Assembly (NCBI RefSeq): GCF_004010195.1
Contig: NC_057753.1
Coordinates: forward strand, 7,604,329-7,624,328
DNA length: 20,000 nt
Direction of reading: 5' to 3'
Origin: Chiloscyllium plagiosum
Lineage: Eukaryota
Below, piece after piece: positions 1 through 10,856 of the stretch. Numbering within the stretch: position 1 is the first letter of the stretch; the number at the start of each line of letters is the position of its first letter. The notes below the pieces were generated by a model that saw only the letters and a program-made list of their open reading frames with translations, was not told the DNA's origin and did not search any database. The position numbers and the translations under genes are program-made.

Positions 1-417
1 TTGTTCCCCAACAAAACCACCGGAAGTTCATCAGTCACGTGCGAGCATAAAATACGAAAAGAAAATCTTTACACAGCTCAGCACAGTCAATGTTCCCACG
101 ACCACAGGCGCCATTTTCCGTTTGCAATATTTACTATTCAGCTTCTGGCAATAAGTGGCCAGAAATCGATCAAGGTGAAAGTGATAGTGAACCAGCCAGC
201 ATAATCATTGGCTGCATAAATCAGGTTGGCATGAATATATCACACAGGGATAGACTTCAAGAAGTAAAGCTGAGAGAGGCAATCGGAATGTGTCTCAACA
301 GCAGGTCGAGGAAAATAACCAGAAGATCCGCCACTGCCATGACCATGAGGTAGAGGCTGCCACATGGAGACAACCCGCAATCTTTATAAAACAGGACAAA
401 GATCGTCACTATATTAA
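1..417 (-). pseudogene. Class A GPCR pseudogene, main coding exon (TM1-TM4), resembling the expanded GPR139/GPR142-like family of cartilaginous fishes; continues off the window start
   Basis: Pieced minus-strand translation: VNIVTIFVLFYKDCGLSPCGSLYLMVMAVADLLVIFLDLLLRHIPI / YFLKSIPVCDIHANLIYAANDYAGWFTITFT / DRFLATYCQKLNSKYCKRKMAPVVVGTLTVLSC / ...LMNFRWFC. It contains TM2 AxADL and TM3 DRF motifs. Frameshifts fall near 270, near 172 and below ~70. An acceptor-like 'cctacctcacAG' ends at 418. Confidence 0.8.
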
Positions 418-1114
418 CTGTGAGGTAGGCAAACAAAGTATTCATCAGCTTGGAGGGAAAGCTAACAGTTTGGCTGAGGACGTAATGATAATTTCACATG
501 TGTCACTGCATTCAGAAATTTAGTGAAATATTTGAAGTTGTAATAACAAATAGGAATCTCTGAATTACTCAGAAAAAATGTGATGCAACTCACAAGACAC
601 ACTCGATCTCGAAAAATACAAATTAAACATTTATAAGAGTAGATATTTTACAAAATTCTACATATTTGATTACTTGCCCTTAAATAATCTCTCCCAAATC
701 CTTGAAGAAAACTGGAAATGGAAAATATGACTTATCGTCTAAATTATAGCTGATCTTCTGTATTGAAGAAATGTAAACGCAGGGAAAGAATATTCAAACT
801 CTTTACCTGCCTGAGGAACTTCAACTCAGTATCTATTTCTCCATGAAACGGGATCTCTTCACTGAGGAATTATTTTTTTGTTCAATTAACTAACTTTGGG
901 CCAATCAAAAAATAGTCAGTTGTAGAATATTTTGGAGAATTATGGTTAAAGAATACTCCAGAGAATGTTGGTTATAGAATGTTATGGATTATGTTATTTA
1001 TAGAATACGACTGCGCCATAAATGGCTACAGCACAGAAAAAAAAAATCTTACTTTCCATAAAGCATTCTTCAGTCCAAAACAATTGCCTAACCATTTTCC
1101 AACCAAAAGAAAAA

Positions 1115-1405
1115 TCAGGGAAATGACAAATGGGGAAGTACAGAGACAGTCCACCCTTCAAACGTACTCGGCCATTCAATATCATTATGGTTGAAATGAA
1201 TGTGACCTGATATCTACATTCTCTCCCATTCCACGATAACCATTGACCCCTTTGTTCTTGATGAATCGATCTGTCTTGACTGCAAAAAATGTTCAATTAC
1301 TTTATCTCCGTTGGTCTCTGGCAAAAGTGTTCCAAAGACTTATGTCAAGTTGAGAAAACAAAAATAATTATCTCCATCACCACATTAAATCGAAAACGCT
1401 TGTTC
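1115..1405 (-). mobile_element. Old, degraded CR1 LINE 3' end fragment
   Basis: Diverged resemblance to the reverse complement of the CR1 ORF2 end and 3'UTR (gccattcaat..atcattatgg, ctctgg..gtgttccaaagact, ctccatc..ttaaat). Boundaries are approximate. Confidence 0.45.
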
Positions 1406-1623
1406 CAAAACAAATATGCACACCCTACCTGTAATCTCGCCATGTTGTTTCCTTCACTTTGTGATTAGACACACTTCTGGACATCTTTGTTAAATGCTAG
1501 TGGTTCACTTTCTCAATGAAGCCTTCTCTGCTTTTAAATATTATTTTCCTGCCTTCCCCTTGATTACTGACTCACTTTTACATGGGCATACTTTCGATTG
1601 CGACTTTAGAGAAGATGTAATTA

Positions 1624-3003
1624 CCCAGGTAATTATGGACCAGTGAGCCTTACTTCTGCTGTAGGAAATGTTTTGGAAAATATTATCAGAGATGAGATTT
1701 ATAATCATCTAGCAAGCACCAATTTGATTTCAGATTGTAAACATGGTTTCTTCAACGAAAGGTCGTGCCTCACAAACTTCACTGAGTTTATTGAGAAAGT
1801 GAACAAGAATGTAGATGAAGGTAGAGCGGTTGATATAGTATACATGGACTTCAGTAAAGCCTTTGATAAGCTTCCCAATGGTAGGCTGTTGGAGAAAATG
1901 AAGAGGCATTGGATTGATGGTAATTTAACAGATTGGATTAGAAACTGGCTTTCTGAAAGAAAGCAGCAACTTGTGGTTGATGGAAAATATTCAGCCTGGA
2001 GTCCAGTTAGGTGTGGTTTGGCACAAGGATCTGTTTTGGAAACACTGCTGTTTGTCATTTTTATAAATGACTTAGACGCAGGCATAAATGGACGGATTCG
2101 TAAATTTGCAGATGACTCTAAATTCGGTGGAGTAGTGGACAGTTTGGAAGAATGTGACAGATGGCAGGGGGCTTTAGATAAGCTACAGGATTGGGTTGAG
2201 AGGTAGCAAATGGAGTTCAATACAGCTAAACGTGAGGTGATTCATTTTGGGAAGAATAACAGGAAGGCAGAGCACTGGGACAAAGCAAAGACTCTTGGTA
2301 GTGTAAATGTGCAGAGGGATCTTGGAGTCCATGTACTTTGATCCCTAAAAGTTGCCACCCAGTTTGATAGTGTTGTCAAGAAGGCATGCGGTGTGTTAGG
2401 TTTCATTTGTAGAGGGATTGAGTTCCGGACGCGCAATATCATGCTGCAACTATACAAAACGCTGGTGCGGCCATATTTGGAATATTGCGTACAGTTGTGG
2501 TTGCCATATTTCGGGAAGGATGTGGAAACATTGGAAAAGATGCAGAGGAGATTTACGAGGATGTTACCTGGTCTGAAGGGGAGGTCTTATGAGGAAACGC
2601 TGAGAGACTTGGGTCTGTTCTCATTGGAAAGAAGAAGGTTAAGAGGGGATTGGATAGAGACATACAAGATGGTCAGGGGATTAGATGGGGTAGACAGTGA
2701 AAGTCTTTTTCCTCGGGTGATGTCATATTCTTGTACGAGGGGGCATAACTGCAAATTGAGCGGTGATAGATTTAAGACAAATGTCAGAGGCAAGTTCTTC
2801 ACTCAGAGAGTGATAATGGCGTGGAATGCCCTATATGCCAATGTAGTTAACTCAAACACATTACGGAGAGTGACACAATCCTTGGATAAGCACATAGATA
2901 ATGATGGGATAGTGTAAGCGGGCGAGCTGAGAATAGTTCACGGGTCGGCGTAACATCGAGGGACGAAGGGCCTGTTTTGCGCTGTATTGTTCTATGTTCT
3001 ATG
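1624..3003 (+). mobile_element. 5'-truncated CR1 LINE (RT domain, C-terminus and 3'UTR) with a 9-bp TSD
   Basis: ORFs 1643-2206 and 2393-2917 are in one frame, broken by stops at 2204 and 2338. Motifs: [55 protein letters not shown]. The tail is (ttctatg)n. 'atgtaatta' occurs at 1615-1623 and 3001-3009. Confidence 0.95.
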
Positions 3004-3336
3004 TAATTATTAGCTTCAATTTCCATTCTGATTCGTTCCAATCCTTCAGCCTTGACTTCCCTGTGCGGCTGAACACAAGATCATTTGAGTGCAACTGCAC
3101 TCTCCCATTTACTTTGTATCTGTCACATTCCATTAGATGACGTCGGATCCCAGTAGGGTACCTCCTTTTCCCTTGCATGCGCATTCCATGCCACAACTCT
3201 GGTGGACAGGGATTAAGCTGTGGCTGACCCATCTCCTGCACGAATGTCATTGTTACTTCTACTGCTTTCCAGATCAAACGGTTCACTAATATTGCAGCAT
3301 GCAAAATGCTTGCCCATGCGCAGTAAAACAAAGACC

Positions 3337-3470
3337 TGTACATGCTGGAGATCTGATACCAAAGCTGTTCTGATGAAGAGTCTCCAGATCTGACATGTTA
3401 ACTTTGCATTTGCTCTTCTGATGCTGCCAGAGCCGATGCGTTTCTTCAGCAATGTATGTTTTTGTTTGTG
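3337..3470 (+). mobile_element. Degenerate Penelope-like terminal-repeat fragment with a decayed hammerhead core
   Basis: ctgatga at 3370-3376, then a-gagtc..gatct-gaca-tgtt, then the 'gatgctgccaga..tttcttcagca' segment shared with other copies in the window. Confidence 0.55.
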
Positions 3471-5295
3471 GAAATTCCTGTTCTTGATACGTATAAAACT
3501 TCCCCTGCACTGTTGACTTCGACCTACAACTCCTACCAGTGTTTACTTCACCATGTTGTTTCAAAGCTCCCGATGAACTGTTTCTATGTAATCTGACGGA
3601 GATGGGCTCTGGCAGGATTAATGGCAGGTTCGGAGACATATTTTTTGAAGCCTGCATCGATGCTGACATCATCGTGCAATCGCTTCCTTGCTATCCCCAG
3701 GAGGAATGGCATGTTTCCCAGTGTATGTACACTTATGGTGGCGGAGTGAAGAAGGACAATGGTCTCCCTACAATACTATTTATTCCTCCAGTTATTGAAC
3801 AATTCAAATCTGGTTTGCATTTTTCATGCAGTTAGGTATCTTCTTGTGCCATGGTATCTTCTGTTGTCATGGTCTCTACCACTGGTCATGGGGGAAGAGG
3901 GAATCCTTCTGAAGCACAAGTCCATACAAGAGGTTGTTCATTATTATGCCCAGAATGCATTGTTGGCGGGCACCACTCGTTTCCCTGCCTGACACGTTAA
4001 GGGACAATCTCACAAACTGTGAAAAGTAGTTCCATTTGAAATGGTTGTTCAGCTGCACCATGGACTTTCAGGTACTGGTTCCAGGGATGCTGGTGAATTT
4101 CGGTAGCTTTGTTAAGGGACGAGCTGCTGTGGGAATGGCACACAGTAACGGGTGGCGGTAAACCAACATCATTCTCGCCACGAGGACTCGAAAGCAAATT
4201 AATGCCATGATTATTTGAGATCCACACAAGTTCGCTGTGGTAATCTCTTCATGCCGTCGCATCAGCTAGCACTTTTCAGACTATGTCTCCCCTGTGACAT
4301 TAAATCATATCGATTTTCCTGAATGTATTCGTCGAATTCCTCTTTTTTTTTGAGAATATAGCACACCATTCCTTTCTCTATCTTTTTTCACCATCAGGAC
4401 AGGTCCACTTGGCACTGTTTTATACAGTAAAGTAAGGATTGTACCTGGAATTACTTAACATTGATTGCAGAACCTGCGATATCTCATGTTATTTAGTGTC
4501 CGTAACTTCAAGGGAGCTAACGATTGCAATGAGACAGTGAGCAATTTTCTGTCCTCATAAACTTATATCCTATATCAAAGATATGAATGAATGGAACAAA
4601 CGTTCCAGACTAAATCTCTGGACGAAACTAGGATGGATAGGAATCTAAGTTATCAATGGGAAGTAGAGAACGTGTCAATGAATAACTAATGGCAACAATT
4701 GGTAGATGCAAAATTACATGGGTAATTGGATATGTCAATTTTTCAGGGACAAAACACGACTGTCTATTTCGTACATTGTGAGGTAAAGTATGACAAATTG
4801 GTACACTGTGTACTGGAAGTTTCACTTCTTCATGTTCCGAAATCAGAAATGTTGCTTCAAATCACCTGCTGATGTTCTCAGTGTTTCAATTCCCGTCTAT
4901 GCACAGGGCACGTTATAATGCGGTTGGTCGGAATTGGGTGTGATGTGGGCACAGATGTTTTGAACCGTGCATCAAGCAGAAGCTTTTACCAGCATGCCAT
5001 GCTTTTCTTCTAAGTGGAGACGTGAAGAGAGTACGAATGGTAGTTTGTTTGCACAGAGACGCTGTGGCTGCTACTGGGAGAGTAGGAATTGCTCAAAGTG
5101 ATATGCTGTGTATGGATGCGCTTCAGTATTAATGCAGTGATAGCGTTGACGGTGCAATCACAAGAATCAGAACATAAAATAAATGCATTGCAGTTGCAAC
5201 TGAAATACAAGGTCGTATCACATTCTCAATGCACCTCATAGAAATAGCCCAGATGCCATAAAACTAGATGAAACATTTGTTCATCATGTAAAAAC

Positions 5296-5421
5296 TCTTC
5301 AGGAATCCTGAAGAAGGGCTCATGCCCGAAACGACGATTCTCCTGCTCCTGACCTGCTGCGCTTTTCCAGCAACACATTTTCAGCTCTGATCTCCAGCAT
5401 CTGCAGTCGTCACTTTTTCCT
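5296..5421 (+). mobile_element. Short PLE-derived element with a hammerhead motif and a mini fold-back at its 5' end
   Basis: 'tcttcagga-a-tcctgaaga' inverted repeat at 5296-5314. The body is homologous to the copies at 10240-10331 and 19110-19216 and ends 'ccagcatctgcagtc..ttttcct'. Confidence 0.8.
5302..5341 (+). ncRNA. Minimal type I hammerhead ribozyme motif (cleavage triplet mutated GUC>GAC)
   Basis: ggaatc-CUGAAGA-A-GGGC(ucau)GCCC-GAAA-CG-AC-gauucu. Stem I ggaauc/gauucu pairs over 6 bp (one G-U) and stem II has 4 bp. Confidence 0.7.
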
Positions 5422-6272
5422 AGAAGACCAGGCCAGTGTACAGTTCAATGGATTAACAGTGGAATCGCGTGCTAACCACACTAGAGCATTGATCTCGAAG
5501 GTTGGGCAAGGTATATGACCAGAATGGAAAGCTTCGCAGCCCAATGTGGCTCCCAGATGTAACTATCTCTCTGTCTCGCTGTCTCTCTCCCTCTCTCTGC
5601 GTCTCCATGTCTTGCCATCAACTGTTTTTCTTTCTTATTCCCTGCCCCTGTTTCTCAGTGGCTTGCCTGCAGACAATGCTACTGTACCGCTCACTTCAAA
5701 ACGGCATTGTATCCAGAGTGGAACACTGTGCAAACCACACCTGACCAAAATAAGGAGATGCACAGTCCGTATATTGGTCGCCGAATGTAACTCCCTCTCT
5801 CTCTCTCCATCTAAGTCCGTGCTTCTCCATGTCTTCCCCGGCATTACATGCAGCCATTTCAAGCTTAACTGTCAAACTATGAATCATCCCCCATTGGATA
5901 GCATAGTAGAGTTTGACAATTTAAAACATTTATCACATTCCTGGCGTCAAACATTCACCATTCACCTTTCACCGCACAAATTAATCTAAAACCAGCCTGG
6001 AATGAAAACGAGATCTTTGCACAATCTGTTTGGTTCTCCACCTGGATAATCCTCACAATCTGTGCAATTGCGTTCACATGCTAGAACTCTCCGTATTTCT
6101 GGAACATCATATACGAGAGCATTTATAGTAATCCTTATTTTTTTTTGTTCATGCAATCCCTGCAACCACCTCTGCCTTTTGTTATCTCGTTTACTATTCA
6201 CACCTCTTCCGAAAATTCAACTTTCAGTATCTATGCAATCTTCTCCTGCCCTTTCAAACCTTCTAGACTGTA

Positions 6273-6772
6273 NNNNNNNNNNNNNNNNNNNNNNNNNNNN
6301 NNNNNNNNNNNNNNNNNNNNNNNNNNNNNNNNNNNNNNNNNNNNNNNNNNNNNNNNNNNNNNNNNNNNNNNNNNNNNNNNNNNNNNNNNNNNNNNNNNNN
6401 NNNNNNNNNNNNNNNNNNNNNNNNNNNNNNNNNNNNNNNNNNNNNNNNNNNNNNNNNNNNNNNNNNNNNNNNNNNNNNNNNNNNNNNNNNNNNNNNNNNN
6501 NNNNNNNNNNNNNNNNNNNNNNNNNNNNNNNNNNNNNNNNNNNNNNNNNNNNNNNNNNNNNNNNNNNNNNNNNNNNNNNNNNNNNNNNNNNNNNNNNNNN
6601 NNNNNNNNNNNNNNNNNNNNNNNNNNNNNNNNNNNNNNNNNNNNNNNNNNNNNNNNNNNNNNNNNNNNNNNNNNNNNNNNNNNNNNNNNNNNNNNNNNNN
6701 NNNNNNNNNNNNNNNNNNNNNNNNNNNNNNNNNNNNNNNNNNNNNNNNNNNNNNNNNNNNNNNNNNNNNNNN
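6273..6772. other. Assembly gap (500 N)
   Basis: Run of exactly 500 N, a typical scaffolding placeholder. True distance and adjacency across it are unknown. Confidence 1.
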
Positions 6773-7419
6773 CCCTGCTGCTTCCCTCCTGGGTACAACA
6801 CGTTTGTCCGGGTGGGGAAGGAAATAGGGATGTAATCGTGCTGGGAGCAGTAAGCTTGTAGAAGCAGATACTCAAAAGACAAGCAGTCCCTGTTCACTCC
6901 AAGCAGGGAATACAACATAGGTGCCTTGTTTCTTCTCTTCTTGTGTAAAAGTTAGTGGTTTTAACCGTTTGAACTGTTTCCAACGTGTAATACTCCCACA
7001 ATGACCAATGACTCGAACGCAATACTGGGGAAGTAGAGACACTCCCTGAGACAGAGATTTGATGTCGTCTGGTGCTGAGGACTTGTAGCCTGAGTTTTTT
7101 AGCTGCCTTTACTATGATATGGGATGGTGGAAAGTACGAATATATTTCTGAATGTGAGTTTCTATTTTCCTGTGTTGTTTCTCTCACTGCGTGCCCCTCT
7201 GACAGGCTTTTTCTGACTGGCAGTGATTAACCTGATGCACAGCTTGGCTTTACACAGGGGCTGGTGGTCAAAATCCCAGACCATCCCGGCAGTGTCACTG
7301 GTGAGAGCAGACAGAGTGCCACAGAGGCCTGTGGGATGTTGGTAATGAGGTGAAACTCACCAGAGCTCACTGGGAGAAACGATCCGTGAAATTCAGAGAA
7401 ATTTTGGTGTAAAACCGAG

Positions 7420-7680
7420 CCTGTGTTTTTCCTTATTGTGGGTGAGTCCGGAATTAGAGGGCACCGTTCTCGAATTAGGAGTTGCCTTTTCAGGATAAAG
7501 GGAGAGGAGAAGGGATTATTTTATTTTTGTCTCAGATGGTTGGGCGACTTTGGGACTCTATATCGCAGAAGGTGGTGGAGACGCAAGCAGTGAGTAGTTT
7601 CTAGGCACAGGTAGTTTTTTTTGTTTGGCAGTGGGATCAAAGTTAATCGGGAGTGGGTGGAAATTTGGGAATTGGAACTC
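7420..7680 (+). mobile_element. Degraded CR1 3' fragment
   Basis: Remnants of the SRTRGH..KIRG..FFSQRVV..LW..P.K.VE coding region (gagtccggaattagagggcac; ctttgggactc..cagaaggtggtggag). Boundaries are approximate. Confidence 0.55.
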
Positions 7681-7849
7681 AAGTGGAGTCAAAAAGCAGA
7701 GTGACCTGTATCTTCAGAAAAGTACCTGTATTTTATAAGTACCTGTATCTTCTAATGAGAACATTCTGTCTGGATGTATCACGACCTGGTATGGCAACTG
7801 TACCATTCAATATCGGAGACTGTTACAGAGAGTGGTGAACTTGACCCGG

Positions 7850-8211
7850 ACAGTCACAAAGGCCAACCTCCCATCTACCAGGCCCATTCTCAAGGAAAGG
7901 TCGCCAGCATTCTCAAAGAGCCATCCCACCCTGGCAATGCTTTTCTACAACCTCTACCATCGGGGAGAAGGTACAGAAACCTGAACACACGCACCAGCCG
8001 GTTTTGAAACAGTTTCTACCCAACTGTTGTTAGAATACTGAATGGACTCTCAAACTCTTAACATTCGCCTGTCCCTGTGTTTTTGTTTTTGCCGCTGTTT
8101 ACCTACTAATTACTATCTGTGCTACTTAACTCTGCGATCTGCCTGTATTGCTCGCAAGACAAAGCTTTTCACTGTGCCTCGGTACATGTGACAATAAATT
8201 CAATTCAATTC
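7850..8211 (+). mobile_element. Rex1/Babar-type LINE 3' end
   Basis: Translates as ASILKEPSHPGNAFLQPLPSGRRYRNLNTRTSRF*NSFYP, the typical Rex1/Babar C-terminal motif. The 3'UTR ends 'gacaataaattcaattcaattc'. Confidence 0.75.
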
Positions 8212-8259
8212 TAGTCATATGTCTGTTGGAAGCTGGGTAATTGAACTGAACGCAGATCA

Positions 8260-8420
8260 GCAATTGACCAAAGCTCCTGAGATAGCATGTTCCAATCCCA
8301 GGACCTCTGCTTTCCAGAAACACAAAGGGGGCAGACACGTGGGAATATCACTCCCAGGTCTCCACGTCATCTGACTTGGAAATCTATCCCCTTTGCTTCA
8401 ATGTCACTGGGTCAAATCTG
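8260..8420 (+). mobile_element. Degraded fragment of a second CR1-like LINE family (near its 3' end)
   Basis: Recognisable remnants 'ttccaatcccaggacctct', 'tgggaatatcact' and 'ctgacttggaaatctatc..gtcactgggtcaaatc'. Confidence 0.45.
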
Positions 8421-9026
8421 TCAGCCACACTCCTCACTTAAACCTCTGTTTCTGCCTGGAGGCCAATTAGCGCGTTCGGTTAAGTGCAGGGTGTCTTTCT
8501 CATTCCGACGTTAGTCTCAAAATGACTTACTTCACCTTCTCAGCTTATTTCAGTCGAAAAACAAATGGTAAATCGTCAGAAGGTGGTGACATTGGACTGA
8601 AATTTCTGGCGCAGGCCCATCTGCAGATCGTTGTTTATCCCCCCAGACATGGTCCAGGGACCGGTCACATGGTTAAAAGCACTTCTCTTTAACAGTTCGT
8701 AGACAAGGAGTCAAACAGCTCCAACAGAAGCTTTCCATTTAGAAGTGTCTCCTACAATTTCCTTTCACTGGAATGTCCATCAGCAATGGGCTGGCAAATG
8801 TACCACATCAAAGGTGGCTCATCCCAAGTCCCATTCGGTGCTTCATTCCTTCACTCTCAGTCACTTCCATACAATTTGACACGTCCCATTCTAGCTGCCG
8901 TCCTGTCACATTCATGAGCCCTGGAGAATATTATACCCAACGCTTAGAATATCGTTCAGACAGGATTCTGAGCTTTAATGCAATGGGTTTATTCGTTTTT
9001 TTTAATTTTATTTGGCATCTATTCCA

Positions 9027-9257
9027 GGCATGGTGGCTCAGCGGTTAGCGCTGCTGCCTCACAGTACCAGGGTCCCAGGTTCGATTCCAGCCTCGGGTGA
9101 CTGTCTGTGTGGGTTTCCTCCCAGAGTGCAAAGATATGCACATTAAGTGCAATCATCAGAGAGAAATGGGTCTGGGTGGGTTACTCTTCGGAGGGTCAGT
9201 GTGGACTTGTTGGGCCGAAGGGCCTGTTTCCATACTGTAAGGAATCTAATCTAATCT
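9027..9257 (+). mobile_element. tRNA-derived SINE (HE1/V-SINE type), internally deleted
   Basis: Box A tggctcagcgg at 9034-9044, box B ggttcgattcc at 9078-9088, CR1-like 3' end 'gggccgaagggcctgtttcc' and an (aatct)n tail. Confidence 0.85.
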
Positions 9258-9274
9258 TAAAGAAAAGGGGTAGT

Positions 9275-9552
9275 GCACGGTGGCTCAGTGGTTAGCACTG
9301 CTGCCTCACAGTGTCAGGGACTCGGGTTCAATGCCAGCCTCAGGCGACTGTCTGTGTGGAGTTTGTACATTCTCCCAGTGTCTGAGTGGGTTTCCTCCCA
9401 CAGTCCAAAGATGTGCAGGTTAGGGTGGATTGGCCATGCTAAATTGTCCCAAAATGTTAGCTGAATTAGTCAGGGGTAAATATAGGGTAGGGGAATGGGT
9501 TGGTGTGGACTTTTTGGGCCGAAGGGATTGTTTCCATACTGTAGGGAATCTA
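9275..9552 (+). mobile_element. tRNA-derived SINE (HE1/V-SINE type), second tandem copy
   Basis: gcacggtggctcagtggttagcactgctgcctcacag head, box B ggttcaatgcc, central 'gtgggtttcctcccacagtccaaagatgtgcaggttag' and the same CR1-like tail. Confidence 0.85.
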
Positions 9553-10100
9553 AAAAAAAATTCCTTACTCTTTTCCTGGTAGGTTGTACTTGGCATTGTT
9601 TTTATTTTAATCTTTGCCCAGTCTCAGATAGCTGACACGTTCACTTAATCTTCAGATGAATTTTGACTAATTTTAGTCGAAATTCAGGAATGGCCTAAAC
9701 TATTCCACAATTGTTTTTGTTAACTTCTGATTCTCTGCTTAAGCTTCGGGTAAATTTCCCACAAATGTTTAAGGTGTAAATTCACCTCAGTTTATGTTTC
9801 AGAAGCATTTATGCCCACATTTGATAGTTTTCATGTTGCTTTAACATCAGGGACAGTAGTGCTTGCTGTCAATTTTGACGTAACTGCCACAGCCCCTGTT
9901 CTGAAGCATTTTGTTTTGAATCACAACAAAGGATCTGAATGGTTAAGGCCCAATCTTTGTAAGTCAATGTTTTTCATTCAAGTCTTGTTCTGTCATCCCA
10001 GTCGTTAGGTTAATGAATTCATTTTTAAAATATCCACAATTCCTGTGGCAAAATTAGTCTGGAAACCATCATCACCTCTTTAAAACTGCACACTGGATCG

Positions 10101-10331
10101 AGGCAAACGTGAGGACTGCAGATGCTGGAGATTAGAGTCAAGATTAGAGTGGCGCTAGAAATGCACAGCAGCTCAGGCAGCATCCGAGGAGCAGGAAAAT
10201 CGATGTTTCAGGCAGGAGCCCTTCATCAGGAATCAATGCATTCCTGATGAAGGGCTCTTTCCTGAAACATTGATTTTCCTGCTCCTTGGATGCTGCCTGA
10301 GCTGCTGTGCATTTCCAGCGCCACTCCAATC
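10101..10331. mobile_element. Palindromic PLE-derived element with a hammerhead core in each arm
   Basis: Arms 10142-10233 and 10240-10331 (92 bp, 6 mismatches by manual alignment) around a 6-nt spacer. CUGAUGA is at 10244-10250 (+) and 10223-10229 (-). Confidence 0.85.
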
Positions 10332-10339
10332 ACAGACAG

Positions 10340-10850
10340 GATCTACTTGGCCATGAACAAGTCCTCAGGAGTGAGAGCTGAAATAACAATGCTGCAAGTT
10401 GGGTTTTGCTGGGCAGGCCGCGATGCCTACCATTTTCAGGTTGAGGAGAGCTCCTCTCCTACTTCTCCCTCCCCCCGTTATTTCCTTTCTGCTGACGGCC
10501 ATCCCTCGGCAAATCTTCCCCATCAGAGGAGCTGCTGGTGTGTCCGTCATGCAGCTGCCACTTCCCCTGATGCTGTGGAGGATGGGGTCCCGAAGTGGTT
10601 ATCTTCCCTTGAGCCCGTCATTCCCTCCTTCTCTCATTGACTGGTTTCCCGGGTGGAGGTGGATGGTTTGCTGGGACATTGCATTGCGATTGCTTCCTTC
10701 CTTTCCTCTCCTCACTTCAGGGTTCTTGCCTGGGGGTGGCACCTTCAGTATAGCGAGGGTCATCAGCTCATGTTGGAGCAGAGGAGCCCCCCCCCCCCCG
10801 TCCTCTGTTCTTGGGCAGGTCTTGTACACATCGTTGCCTCTTCAAACTCT
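10340..10850 (-). mobile_element. Possible degraded Tx1/L1-type ORF1 fragment
   Basis: Purine-rich minus strand. 'VYKTCPR' resembles the end of a zinc knuckle and is followed by a low-complexity charged region (GKWQLHDGHTSSSSDGED). No intact CCHC motif is present. Confidence 0.3.
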
Positions 10851-10856
10851 TTGGTC

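Noticed and set aside
780..1010. Candidate first exon of the GPCR pseudogene (donor-like gcag|gtaaag near 806; hydrophobic + strand peptide at ~930-1010)
   Set aside because: No convincing TM1 N-terminal sequence on the correct strand.
1705..2802. Antisense ORFs over CR1 (also 19136-19948 on +)
   Set aside because: Shadow frames of the RT coding sequence.
6062..6918. Long ORFs of 214-257 aa
   Set aside because: Artefacts of reading through the 500-N gap.
9027..9345. tRNA genes
   Set aside because: The A/B boxes belong to SINE heads that run into SINE body and tail; there is no complete cloverleaf.
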